DNA of 64,000 nucleotides from Azolla caroliniana (taxonomy: Eukaryota > Plantae > Polypodiophyta). A program made the translations under genes and the position numbers. The DNA lies in assembly GCA_043228905.1 (NCBI GenBank), contig JBHGNT010000012.1, positions 12,524,001-12,588,000 on the forward strand, in the 5' to 3' direction. This document shows, one piece after another, positions 11,768-24,015 of this stretch; the stretch's first letter is position 1, and every line of letters begins with the position of its first letter. Under the pieces are notes generated by a model, which made no database searches, had not been told where the DNA came from, and worked only from the letters and a program-made list of their open reading frames with translations.

Positions 11768-13021
11768 CCAGACTAATCCTATCGGTGTTCTCATGGTAGT
11801 GATGTCTCGACTCTCTACGGCTAGTTGGAATTGGTCATACTCGGAGTATAGGTCTGCGATGGAGTATATCGCGCGATCGGCAAACGCTTCCGCAAATTTG
11901 TCCACTATCGGACTGACTCCGGAGTTCCAGATTGTGACCTTGTTCACTGGTTGCAAATCTTGAATAAATCGGAGTGACCCGTTCTTCTTCGGAACCGTAA
12001 ACCATCGATTTGAGTATGGAGTGTTGGATGGCTCTAGAATCCCCATCGCCACCTTCTCCTTGAGCAAGTCAATGAATTTTGGAATATGTGATCGTGGCAC
12101 CGGAATCGGCTTCATGTTCCACGACACATGATCAATCGTGAAGATCACCATCAGCTCCACTATCTTCGGGTCAGCACACCCTATCTCTTTTGATGTGAAT
12201 GCAAATGTTCTTCTTCATTTTGTGAGAGGAAACCACCTCCACTGATGAGAAGTTTCTTCCGGGTCTCATCCATAAAGGCATGTCCGATATCCACGGACTT
12301 CCGAAGTGTCGGATCTCCCAAGACTTCTTTCATCTTTTGTTCGCTATCGGCGGGCAGCGGTCCCGCAGCCGGTTTCACCTTCTTTTCCACGATCTTATAT
12401 TTCGTATAGACCATTGCTTCTTCTTTGCGGAGCGCATCCGGCCCCATTTTCGCAATGATCTCATACATCTCGACCGATTCCACCGGAACTACCCGGTCTC
12501 CCTGGCTATTCTCTTCTGCTAGATCTTCAAGCCGTTGTAGCGTGCTCTTGTAGAACACTTCTTCGACTACTCCCACGATTTCTTCATCTTCTTTTATTAT
12601 TGATACAGACCGTAACTCATCTTGCATCTTTTGGAATTCTTTCTTCATTACTCCGGTTATGGCCGTGTACATAGATGCCCCATCCGAACCGATTCGTACT
12701 TGTTTTGCTCCGAGAGTTTTCTTCCTGTGTGGGGTATCAAGGCTTCTCGAACTATCACTTCCCCACTCTGCAATAGTCTGCTTTAAAAATTCATTTTTGT
12801 TTGGGACAAGAGCTCTCTCTTGTTCCTTTCGTGATTTGATGGCACGATTAGGAATTGGACGGTTTTCGCTCCGCTTTGACTCCGAATTCGTGCAAAAGTA
12901 GCTCTGCTATCGAGCAACTTTTTCTCCATCCGTGAAACCGTGATAAAGGGTTGTCCGAGGATCATGGAGTGTGAGACCTCATCTTGCACGAAGAGATTTT
13001 GGTCAATCTCCACATCTCCGA
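11768..13021 (-). pseudogene. Element B pol fragment (protease C-terminus, linker, RT N-terminus)
   Basis: ORFs 12783-13013, 12181-12672 and 11744-12160. RT stops abruptly after MRTPIGLV. Confidence 0.85.
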
Positions 13022-16000
13022 TATTAGAGATCTAAGTACTAAAGTAAGCTTAAGATAAGGATAAACAAATGATAGATAGAAAGGAGAAAGAGAAAGAAGG
13101 GTGCCGATCCACCCGACCACCCCCGAGTGAAGGGATCGAGACGGACTCGAGCCTCGATCGGCGTCCCATACCACCGTCGTGGCGTCGAGTCGTATCTGGT
13201 TCTGGCGCGCTTGCTACAAGAGTTAACCCACCACAAGAGCAAAGTCTCGATGTAGTCAAAAAGATGATGAAATGAGGGTAGCTAGGCCTCTTATTTATAG
13301 CGATACCCAAGGCCCCCAGGCAAGTTCACACTTGACCTAATGGGTTGTCTCAATCCCGAGGATTAAAAGTAATCCTCCCCTTCTTTACACTCTCATTTAA
13401 CCCTCACACTTATCCACGTGTATAGAATACGACGGTAAATTCTCACCACGGGATATTAAATGGTCATGCCCGTAACATACTCCCCTCTTTAAAACATTGC
13501 ACTCTTGCAATGGAAAGTTAGGGAAATTAGTTCTGAGAGTATTTTTGCGTTCCCATGTGGCATCTCTTATTGATTTATCCATCCATTTTATTTTAAATTC
13601 TGGGATTTCTTTAGTACGTAATTTTTTTGTTTTAACATCGAGAATTCTTTCTGGTACATGTGGTTTAGAAGATAATTCTTCAGAAGTAACCAGAGTTTCA
13701 GTTGTAACTGTATTGTTGCCAGAACCTAGAAGTTCTTTTAGACGACTCACATGGAAGACTGGATGAATTCCAACACCATCGGGAAGAGCAAGACGATAGG
13801 CTGATGACCCAATGCGTTTGAGGACTATAAAAGGTCCACAAAACCGTGGGGCTAACTTAGCGCACTTACCCGTAGACAATGTGTTAGAATTGTGAGGTAC
13901 ATGTAAAAATACCTTCTGTCCAGGGTTGAATACACGAGGTTGCCTATGATGATCGGCATAAAAACGCGCTCTATCTTGAGCTGTTTTTATATTATCTCGT
14001 GCAATATGCAACATATCTTGCATATCCCGAAGAAAGTTTTGCGTACTTCGCAACTCATCATGATGTATATTAACATCAATCGGGGCTCGTGGCTGAAAAC
14101 CATACATCAACATAAAAGGACTATATCTCGTCGACGTATGCTTGGAGCTGTTATAAGCAAACTCCAAAATTGGGAGATAACGTTCCCATTTTGTTGGTTT
14201 TGCACCAACGTATGCTCGAAGCATGTCCTGAATAATTTGATTTACTCGTTCTGTCTGTCCATCGTATTGAGGATGATCCGTGGAGCTCATGCTCAACGTA
14301 GTTTCTAACTTCTTAAAGACTTGCGTCCAGAAGTCACTAGTAAACTTTGGATCTCGATCACTCACGATATCCATTGGTAACCCATAAAAACGAAATAATT
14401 CGTCAACGAATTGGTAAGCCAATTCAGGAGTTGTTACCGTGGTTCTAGTAGCAATAAATCTGGCCATTTTAGTTAGTCGATCAACGACAACCCAGATGGC
14501 ATCATGGCCTTTTTGGGTGCGAGGAAGGCTAACAATAAAATCCATGGATATACTTTCCCACTTATTATTGGGAATGTCCAAGGGATGTAAAAGTCCCGCG
14601 GCTTTAAGTCGCTCGGCTTTGTTAACCTGACATTGGTGACATTTAGTCACATAGCTATGTATGTCAGGACGCATCTTAGGCCAACAAAATTGAGTGGAGA
14701 TGAGAACGATTGTACGATGTATTCCAGGGTGCCTTGCTGAGGGTGCATCATGGCATTAAAAAAGAATCCTCTTTTTGACCTCAGGTAAATCTGGAACACA
14801 AACGTTCCCATTACGGTAGAGCAAACCGTTAGCAATGTGGAAGTATTCCTTCAAGGATGTGGTGGTGTCTGTTCCAGACTCAACTCTTGCCTAGTATTTT
14901 GCGAAATAATTGTCATCAGGATACTTTCCTCGAAGGTGATCATAAAGATCTGATGTTATTTCAGTGAAGCTAAGCATGTTAACTTCACGGATGCGACTTA
15001 GTGCATCAACGACAGTGTTCATGGAACCTTTACGATATCGTATGGAAAAATCAAAGTCCTGGATGAGATCAGCCCATCGTGCCTTACGACCTTTCAGGTC
15101 TTGTTGGTCACAAAAATATTTCAAGGACTCGTGGTCTGTAGTTACCACAAAGCGATTTCCATAAAGATAATGGCGCCATGTTTTGAGCGCATGTATAAAT
15201 GCAAATAATTCCTTTTCTTGAATGGTATACCGACATTGAGCAGAATCAAGTTTCTTACTCTCGAATGCTATTGGTTTACCATCTTGATACAAGACAACAC
15301 CTATAGCATAATTGCTGGCATCGGTTTCAACCTCAAAAGGTTTTGAAGGATCAGGTAAAAGAAGTGAAGGAGCCTTGCAAACCAGGTCCTTGAGTTCCTT
15401 AAAGGCGAGGTCTAGTGTAACATTCCACACAATAGGTTTTGTAGACTTACGCGTTTGACCTTTTAAAATATCAGTAAACGGCATCGTCAATTGGGAGTAA
15501 TTACGAAGAGACTTTCGCAAAAACCCGACAAAACCAAGGAAAGATCAAACTTCTCGAATATTACGAAGAGTGGGCCAAAGCTTGATTTTCTCAATGGGAG
15601 AAGGATCAATTTCAACTCCTCGTTCAGTTATGAGATGTCCAAGATAAGTAATTGATTTCTTGAAGAACTCACATTTTGAGATCTTCGCATAAAACTGTTT
15701 GTCACGCAATGTTTGTAAAACAAAGCGGACATGATAGCATGTTCTTGTAATGTACGGCTATAAACTAAAATATCATCCAAGAAAATAACGCCAAATTTTC
15801 CAAGTTGTTCTCGGAAAATGTCATTCATTTCTTGTTGAAATGTAGCCGGAGCATTGGTCAAACCAAAAGGCATAACCAAAAACTCGTAATGGCCATAGCG
15901 CGTACGAAATGCCATTTTAGGAACATCGTCCTCACTTATTCGTATTTGATGGTAGCCAGTACGGAGATCAAGTTTCGTAAAATACCGAGCTCCCTGGAGA

Positions 16001-19000
16001 TGGTCAATTAGATCGTCAGCCCGGGGCAATGGGTACGAATTCTTGATCGTCAATTTATTCAAGCGTCGGTAATTAATACACATACACCATGTGGCCTCTT
16101 TCTTTTTTACCAAAAGAACTGGTGCACCCCATGGAGATTTACTCTAACGTATATAACCCATTCGTAAATAGTCCTTGAGTTGCTTAGATACCTCAGCTTC
16201 TTCGGATCGACTTAAGCGATACAGAGGTATACTTATTGGTGCAACACCAGGTACAATATCTATACGATGGTCTATATTACGTTTAGGAGGTAACCCATCA
16301 GGTAGTTCACTTGGAAAAACATCATGAAAATCATTTACGATTTCATCAAGTTGTTGTTGTTCAAAATATGTTAATTGAACCGGGACATTATCGATATTGT
16401 AAATGTGAATGTCCGGATCAAGTACACAATAAAATAATGTAGAACAAGACAACTCGGATATTGATGGACACGAGGAAACAATCGAGAGGGATGCGTACAA
16501 TCGTTCAGTACAAAAGAAATGGAATGATGAACCCAATCAATAAATAAAGCAGAGTTTTTATTATAAAACCAGGGATAACCCAGTATTACATCGGTGGTAC
16601 AAAGATTCATTACATGGAAGTCTACTTCCTCTATATAAGTATCAATAGAAATTCCTAATGAATGAATCGCCCCGTTGATGTATTGTACTCTTCCATCAGC
16701 CAAGTGCACCGTGTAGGTGTGATCACTTACGGTGGGTTGGATTCCCCATATCTGAACCAAACGATCATTCACAAAATTGTGTGAGCTTCCCGAATCAAAT
16801 AAAAATTGTACGGGAGATCCATTGATATACCCGTTTGCACGTAGTAAATCATTGGGACCCAATACATAGTGAGGGAAAGAACATTGACAATTACTTAAAT
16901 GATGTGTATAGACCTGAAGGACATTAGGAATCTGACCTTTATGGTCTGCATCTTTAGCTTTGTTGTCGTGCTCTTTCTGTTGGAGCTTTCGACATTGATC
17001 TTTTGTATGACCCTTCTTTTTGCAGAATACGCAAAAAGGATGTTGTCGCTTACAATCGCGATCCAGGAATTCGTTGGGTGTCTTGCGTTTCCCAACAAAT
17101 TGCGACTGCTTAGTCCTGGGCGCTTCGTTGGGTTTGTTGTGGTCCTTCTTCGAAGTGCGTTGATAGCGAAGAACTATTTCAACGGCCTCTTCGAAGGATT
17201 TTGGATCCTTATCGTGCACTATCCAGTGATAGTCCGAATTGGGGATGCCATTGACAAAACAAGCTATCAATCAATTGTCCCCTTCTAGACCCGATTTTTG
17301 GATTTGGGTTCTAGCATGGTGAACATAGTCTTCTAGCGAGGAAAATTTCCTGCTAGAGAGGTTCATTAAAGCTTGTGCTACCTCGGTTCGAGAGGGAGGT
17401 TGCAGAAATTGGCCCTTAAAAACCGTGACAAAATCTGTCCAGGTATCGGGTAATTTCCCCATAGTACGGAGCCCACGCCACCAGGCGGCGGCCTTAACCC
17501 CGAGTTCTCGGCCGACATATGCAATCTTTGTACTATCTGGCATGGGATAGAGCTCAAAATGAGACTCCCATCGTCCCAGCCATGTGCAGATTGCTTCTTC
17601 GGTTCTTTCCTTTTTGTCTCCCGTAAATGGCTTAACGACAAATGATGGTTCACCTTGTCGCTCATCAAGTCTATTAGTCTCACGTTGTAGACTAATGACA
17701 CGTGCCTCAAGAGCACTCTGAGATTGCCGATGTTCGGTCATCTGTTGAGCGGTAAAACTAAGGTATTGGGTTATTTGTGCCAAATACATCTCAGTGGACA
17801 TTTGTGCCAAATACATCCCTTGAGTTCCTTCCGCTTGAGCGGATGACATCGGGTCGTTAATTTGAGCCATTAAAGATTATTTCTGGAAAAGAAATAGGAT
17901 AAGGTCAGAGAGATAGTCATAACATCATGTCGTGATGTAAACATATCATGGGCAAACATTAATCGAGATCATGATCTCACATCAATACCCCTCTAGACGT
18001 ATGAGATGAGGTTCAAAATTAGGTTACTATGGTAACACAAAGGTGTTTTAAAAACCATGGGGGTGACAAATAAATGTCTTTCCCTGATCTCTATATCGAT
18101 TTTTTCATGGTGGCTCCCCGAGGCTCAACCATGTATGTTCGCGTCATGAATAGTTTATATACGAAAAAAATGTTAACAATAAACTATGTTTCAGTGCCCA
18201 CATATGTGGTTTCGGCTCTTTACGTCCTATTACGAGGACACTGAGGTGCACTTAGACCTTAAGTCTAAACATGTGTTATAGTCATATGTATCAAGGATGT
18301 TGTATGGTCTTGGTCATATTTGAACTCGAGACCTCGAGAACAAATACATTAAACACTTGAGCCAACCAAGTAAGTTGCTCTTCTCGAATGCTTAATGTTT
18401 GATGCGTATAAGAGATATGTGAGATCATATATGTTTTTTCTAAAAGAACATATATGTCAAGGGTCCTTATTTCGCCCTCATTTACCAAAACTATGTTGGT
18501 ATGTTACCTAACCTCAAGTCTCGTAATTACGATGGCATACGCCAAAGTGCAACCTAATGGTCAAGCCAAATGAGCCCTCGTTTTGTAGTAGGCTCACGTG
18601 GCCCATCACATGGTCACGTCATTACGAATGCCTCTCCTAAGAACGAGCTCATGGTGGCATCGTATCCATGTAACGAGGGAGGGATGTTGGATACGTGTGT
18701 CATTGGAGCGACCTCACTTGAAATGGGTCAAGCCCTACGTACTCAACATCGTTATGGCTATAGGCGTTTCTTTACGTAACGAAATCGAGGTCATCAACAG
18801 GGTTGTCAACAAAAAAAAATTGTTGAAAAAGGGATGGTGACAACGCCATTCTTACAAAAATGTGAGGACGGCCACCAACATCCTTTTCCCGACAAGGACA
18901 ACTTTCGATATAATCACGTAATAACGAATATACACATATGTTTACTTATCACATATATACGATCAAATACGTATATACGTGACCACATATGCCTATATTA

Positions 19001-19976
19001 AACATATCGTTATATTAAATAGCCACAAATGATGTGATCGACATACGTAATCGAGGTATATACCTCTACGCACACGAAACATCCTCAAATAAGAGATCAT
19101 CGTAATACGCAATTGAGGTATTGACCTCTTACGCATACGAAACCAACAAATCAAGGTATTAAACTCATACGCAAACGTAACATATGTTCGTGAACGTAAT
19201 ACGTAAATTGAGGTATTAACCTCGTACGCAAACAACACTCATCACATATTATTAATATGTCAAACGAGGTATTGACCTCGTGCACATATGTAAACGTTTT
19301 AGATAATCAATTAAAGACCACTACAACATCATTGACTTAATGAAAAAAATTGACATATAAACTAAACACATGATTAGATGGGAGAAGAGAGAATAGAAAA
19401 AAAATTTATGGAAAGAGTTACCGAAGTTCTTTGTTGATCGTTGTCTGGATTAAGGCCGACCGCACAACGATCAATCAACATCAATCAAAAGACAAATGAA
19501 AAACAAAGAAACATTAGTACATAAATCTGATACCAAATATTAGAGATCTAAGTACTAAAGTAAGCTTAAGATAAGGATAAACAAATGATAGATAGAAAGG
19601 AGAAAGAGAAAGAAGGGTGCCGATCCACCCGACCACCCCCGAGCCTCGAGCCTCGATCGGCGTCCCATACCACCGCCGTGGCGTCGAGTCGTACCTGGTG
19701 CTGGCGCGCTCGCTACAAGAGTTGAGCCACCACAAGAGCAGAGTCTCGATGTAGTAAAAAAGATGATGAAATGAGGGTAGCTAGGCCTCTTATTTATAGC
19801 GATACCCAAGGCCCCCAGGCAAGTTCACACTTGACCTAATGGGTTGTCTCAATCCTCAGGATTAAAAGTAATCCTCCCCTTCTTTACACTCTCGTTTAAC
19901 CCTCACACTTATCCACGTGTATAGAATACTACGATAAATTCTCACCACGGGATATTAAATGGTCATGCCCGTAACA
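13022..19976 (-). mobile_element. Full-length Ty3/Gypsy chromovirus X (Reina/Galadriel-like), degenerate
   Basis: LTRs 13022-13477 and 19538-19976. 5-bp TSD TCCGA at 13017-13021 and 19977-19981. Met-type PBS TGGTATCAGA at 19526-19535. PPT AAAGAGGGGAGTA at 13478-13490. Domain order gag-PR-RT-RH-INT-chromodomain. Confidence 0.95.
13480..17870 (-). pseudogene. gag-pol of chromovirus X with stops and frameshifts
   Basis: ATG at 17870. CVFCKKKGHTKDQC; LFDSGSSHNF; [12 protein letters not shown] and IFLDDILV; ETDASNYAIG and EKELFA; SMDFI, VVDRLTK, SDRD; GPF module; chromodomain PERILD...KIKW...ATWE. TGA at 17271 where the duplicate has TGG. Confidence 0.93.
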
Positions 19977-21790
19977 TCCGATCTTCACCGTCACATCTGG
20001 ACAAACCGCAAATAAATCTTCTGTTGTTTTAGTGGCTGCCCAGATCTTCCATCCATGATTAGTGTTATATAGGCCACTTCCCCTTTCGGTAGAACTCCTT
20101 GGACATCAAATTGATCTCCGATCCGTGATTAATCAATGTTGGTACGAGCTCCTTGATGTTTCCGATTCAGACCGGAGTCTCCGTAGTTGCGCATGCCCAG
20201 TGTGGCCTTGTGTAGTGGGACTTCGGAATTTCATCCTCCACTTCAGTGTCAATCATTAGAATGGTGTTTGCATTCCCCCTTGGAGCATTTTCCTCTGTAT
20301 TTTGTCTTTTTCTCTTCACAAGATCCACAAGAAGATCGTGGAACTCCTTCTTCGCTATTCCGAGTAATTCCCGAATTGAAAATCTACCTGACTATCGAGG
20401 ATTCTCTCCTCGAACACCTTTTTCAAGGCCATTCATTGCTCGATGTCTGAAGCAAGTTTGAATGCTGGAATTGTTTTTCCTTTCCCCTTCCCTTCAGAGT
20501 TCCAGCTCTCCGGCGTCTTTGATGGTTAGGCCGCATCATCCGTGCACCATTGTTTCTCATCTACATACACCTCATGTAATTGGCATAGGGCGTACACACT
20601 ATTCTTATCGATGGGGCACTCCCATCCCGTAGCTTCTCGGATGCCTTCCGTAGTGCTTCGGATCTCATTAGAGTCAGTTTTCTCGGGGTTTTCTAGCACT
20701 TCCGGCCAAAAAGACTTCTTTGCTCTAGACGACTCACCCACACATATCCCTGCGGTTGTCACATAATTGCTTTTCGCTACTATTTCCTCCTCTAGGACTC
20801 TCTTCATGCGGCCTTTCCGGAAGTTCGGTTAGAGTGGCTTCGTAGAGTCCATCGAATGAATCCGATTTCCCTCGAAGTAGATAAGGTGCCGTCGTAGCGC
20901 CTCCTTGTGCTCGTCGCAATCCCTCCGATCATGTTTGGTACTATTGCACCATATGCATCGACGGTCCATATACTTGGAACTTGTGGGTCGGTCATCCAAC
21001 TTCTTCACCATCACGATTTTCAGATTCTCCATCTCTTTCAGCAACTACTCCACCGTGGTTGCATCGATTCCCTTCTCGGTCGTAGTCTCCCGAGCCCATG
21101 GTTGATGGTCTTCCAATTCGGATCTTGGTTTCGGAATTGGTTCCGAAACCCTCTTTTCTTCACTACCAAGCCATTGCCCTCGCTTTGTGTATCCCGCGAT
21201 AATATCCCGCATGTTTTCCCATGTATTGGTGTGGCCACTCTCAGTAGCGGTGTCCTTTAGAAGCATTCCAAGATCTTTCCGGTCCCGGACATCCACGGCT
21301 CATAAGAACATGATCACTTTGTCCAGTGCAAGGATAGCTTGATCTCTCGCGGAAAACCTCCTGAACCGACTTTCGAATGCCGGAAACACATCGAGGACCT
21401 TAGCCCCTTGTCTGGCATTTCCACCCAATCTTCGAATCCCCTCCGCGTTGTCTTGGAGGAGTCCTCAATGGAAAACGTGGTCTTTAGCGCTTCTTCAAAT
21501 GTTTCCCACGTCAGATTTTGTTGTTGTTTCCCGTGGATACTCCCTTGAAGCCCGTCCGTAGCCACCCGATTGAAGGATGTGACCTGCAATCCTTTCGATA
21601 TTCCGCAACGTAGCATTTCCGACTTGTAATCCCACAAATATCGCGACACATCCTTCCCATTGAATTGCCCTCTCAGTTGCACGAGCCGTTGTATTGCCGC
21701 CGCAATCTCCGATATCACACGTTATTCTTGTAGCATCCGCTCGAACATCGTCATCATGTTGTTAGTTTCCGGTTGTTGATTCTCCATCTC
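19977..21790 (-). pseudogene. Element B gag and protease N-terminus (fragmented)
   Basis: ORFs 21314-21718, 21045-21296, 20829-21044 and 20526-20807. WATGHAQ and LINHGSEIN motifs near 20100-20210. Confidence 0.8.
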
Positions 21791-21805
21791 CTTTCCACCC
21801 GTTTA

Positions 21806-21821
21806 CACGTCGGGTTCACCA
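21806..21821 (-). promoter_or_regulatory. Primer-binding site, perfect tRNA-Trp type
   Basis: The + strand reads CACGTCGGGTTCACCA, 4 bp from the LTR end. Confidence 0.85.
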
Positions 21822-22480
21822 ACTATGTCATGCCTTTCGGCGCCAAATCGTTTGCGTGAGTCGGGTGGGAACCCCTGAGGTTTTGAACTAGGTGAAAGAA
21901 GAATATGAGATAAGGTTTGTTACGAATAGATTGCAAGATGAAGATATGTAACTCGTGAATCCCACGAGTATAGTGTATTAATTAATACTTACTAGATTGT
22001 AAGAGAGCAATAGATGGCAAAATCGTGAATCCCACGAATATTTAATATTAATCAACCCTTATAAAAAATCAACTACCGTATACATCTTTCTCTCTTCCTT
22101 ATATAGTGATGGAAGAGACTAATCATAGCATCATGTTTTTTTCCTAAAGTGTTCATGCACATTAGATGTGCATGAGTAATTGGCTTGTGTTTTTTTCTTC
22201 CAAATAAAGTTTTTACGCACTCTAAAAGTGCATGATTTACGTTTTTTTGTAAAAATAGGCGTAAATATAACTCTTATATCTATTAAATCTATATTTAGAT
22301 CACTTATGATAAGTTAGTGCAATGGTAAAGTTTGGGTTTGTTTACATTGTGGTATAAGGTTCAAATCTTCCCCTATGTATGTAACAATATTTTTAATATT
22401 TCCTTTTATTTATTTATGCGTACTTAAATCAGATTTTTTTTTATACATATTTCACGTAGTGTGCAAATTACACTACGACA

Positions 22481-23733
22481 ACGCGCAAGGAGAAGGGGAA
22501 GATGAAGATGCCGGAATACGGCACAAAGGCTAGCACTTCGGACTAGAGCGAATCCGATGTGGCCAGGAGCGAAGACGGACCTCACGAAATGGGGTTAGAG
22601 TCAGCCAAGAGGGCCATGAAATCGGTGAACCAAAAGTTGCGCCGATCCACCCGCCAAAAGAACCTCATAAACTGGTATGGGTACAATGAACACATGGCCC
22701 ATCACTATGCGTATATTGTGAAGGCAATGGAAGTGTGTGAGTTGAAGAGCTACATAGAGGTGGTGAAGGACGCAAATTGGCGAGCCACTAATGGAGAATG
22801 AAACATGGGACCTAGTTGATGCCCTCAAGGGTGTGAAGCCGGTTGAATGCAAGTGGGAACACAAAGTGAAGTACAACACTGACGGCTCCGTCAACCAGTA
22901 CAAGGCCTGATTGGTGGACAAGGGTTATGCAAAGTAGCATGACATCAATTACGACAACACATTTGTGCCGGTTTCCAAAATGACAACCGTCTGGGTGTTG
23001 TATGCTATAGTGGCGGCAAAGGTATGACACTTGCACAAAATGGATATGAAGAACGCGTTCTGGCAAGGAGAGCTTGAGAAACAGATGTATATGGTGCAAC
23101 CTCTGGATTTCAGTCTAGATTGAACACGTTGGTCCTCTTCTGATTAACAAGTCCCTTTACGAACTAAAGCAAGCCCTGCATGCGTGGAACGCAAAGATCA
23201 CGCAAAGGCTACGTCGAATGTGGTTTGCTTCGTTGATGTTGGACTCATCATTGTTCACCTGGCAGGGTCGAAACGGGCCAGTAAGCATACTCCTATATGT
23301 GGATGACTTGGTCATCGATGACGGTGACTTGGAAGAAATCGGCCACATGAAGTCCCAACTTGCCGCATCATTCGAAATGAATAATTTGGGGACCTTCAAT
23401 ACTTCCTTGTGATCAAAGTGATCTGCACCCTAGAAGGCGTACTGATTAGTCAAAGACATTATGTACTAAGTAAATATTCTCTTGATGTTCGGGATGATAG
23501 ACTGCAAGTCTATCTTGACTCCTGTTGATAGAAATGTGAAGCTTCGCCAAGTATCGAGAATGACATGTGATGCGACACGAGCTTGTTATACTTGACCATC
23601 ACCCGACCGTGACCTCAACTATGCAGTCAAACTGATTAATCAATTTATGTCACAAGAAACCATTGACCACCTTCAGTGGACGTAGAAGATATTGCAATAC
23701 GTCAGCGGCACAAAGGACATGGCGTTGTTGTAT
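22481..23733 (+). pseudogene. Degenerate Ty1/Copia RT fragment
   Basis: CKWEHKVKYNTDGSVNQYKA*LV, MDMKNAF, LYELKQA, ILLYVDDLVI. Confidence 0.85.
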
Positions 23734-23954
23734 CATTAGGATTTTGTCCCTCCTAATGGGAGAAGTCGGCTATTGATTGGAAGAATCAACAGTTAGATTG
23801 GAGTCGACTAGTTGGGCCGACCCGATGGTCGAAAACAAGGTCTGCTAGTCCATTCGACTAGATAGTTGGCTTAGGAGTTGGCTAGTCGAATTGACTAGAT
23901 TGTCGACTTGTGGGTCGGATAGTCGAATCGATCAGTTGACCGATTAATGTCGAT

Positions 23955-24015
<61 letters not shown>

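Larger units (their letters stand above)
11768..22480 (-). mobile_element. Gypsy element B (tRNA-Trp PBS): 5' LTR, gag, protease, N-terminal RT; interrupted by a chromovirus and 3'-truncated
   Basis: LTR 21826-22480 (TGTCA...CGACA on +). PBS 21806-21821. Gag QFNGKDVSRYL and knuckle CIWCNSTKHDRRDC. Protease LINHGSEINLMS continues across the insertion into EIDQNLFVQ...ILGQPF. RT NRWFTVPKKNGSLRFIQDLQPVN...DLYSEYDQF. Confidence 0.85.

Noticed and set aside
17880-19520. Extra ORF or env-like gene in the long leader of family X
   Set aside because: Only short ORFs (under 90 aa), and their frames are not consistently preserved in the diverged copy at 38915-40499.
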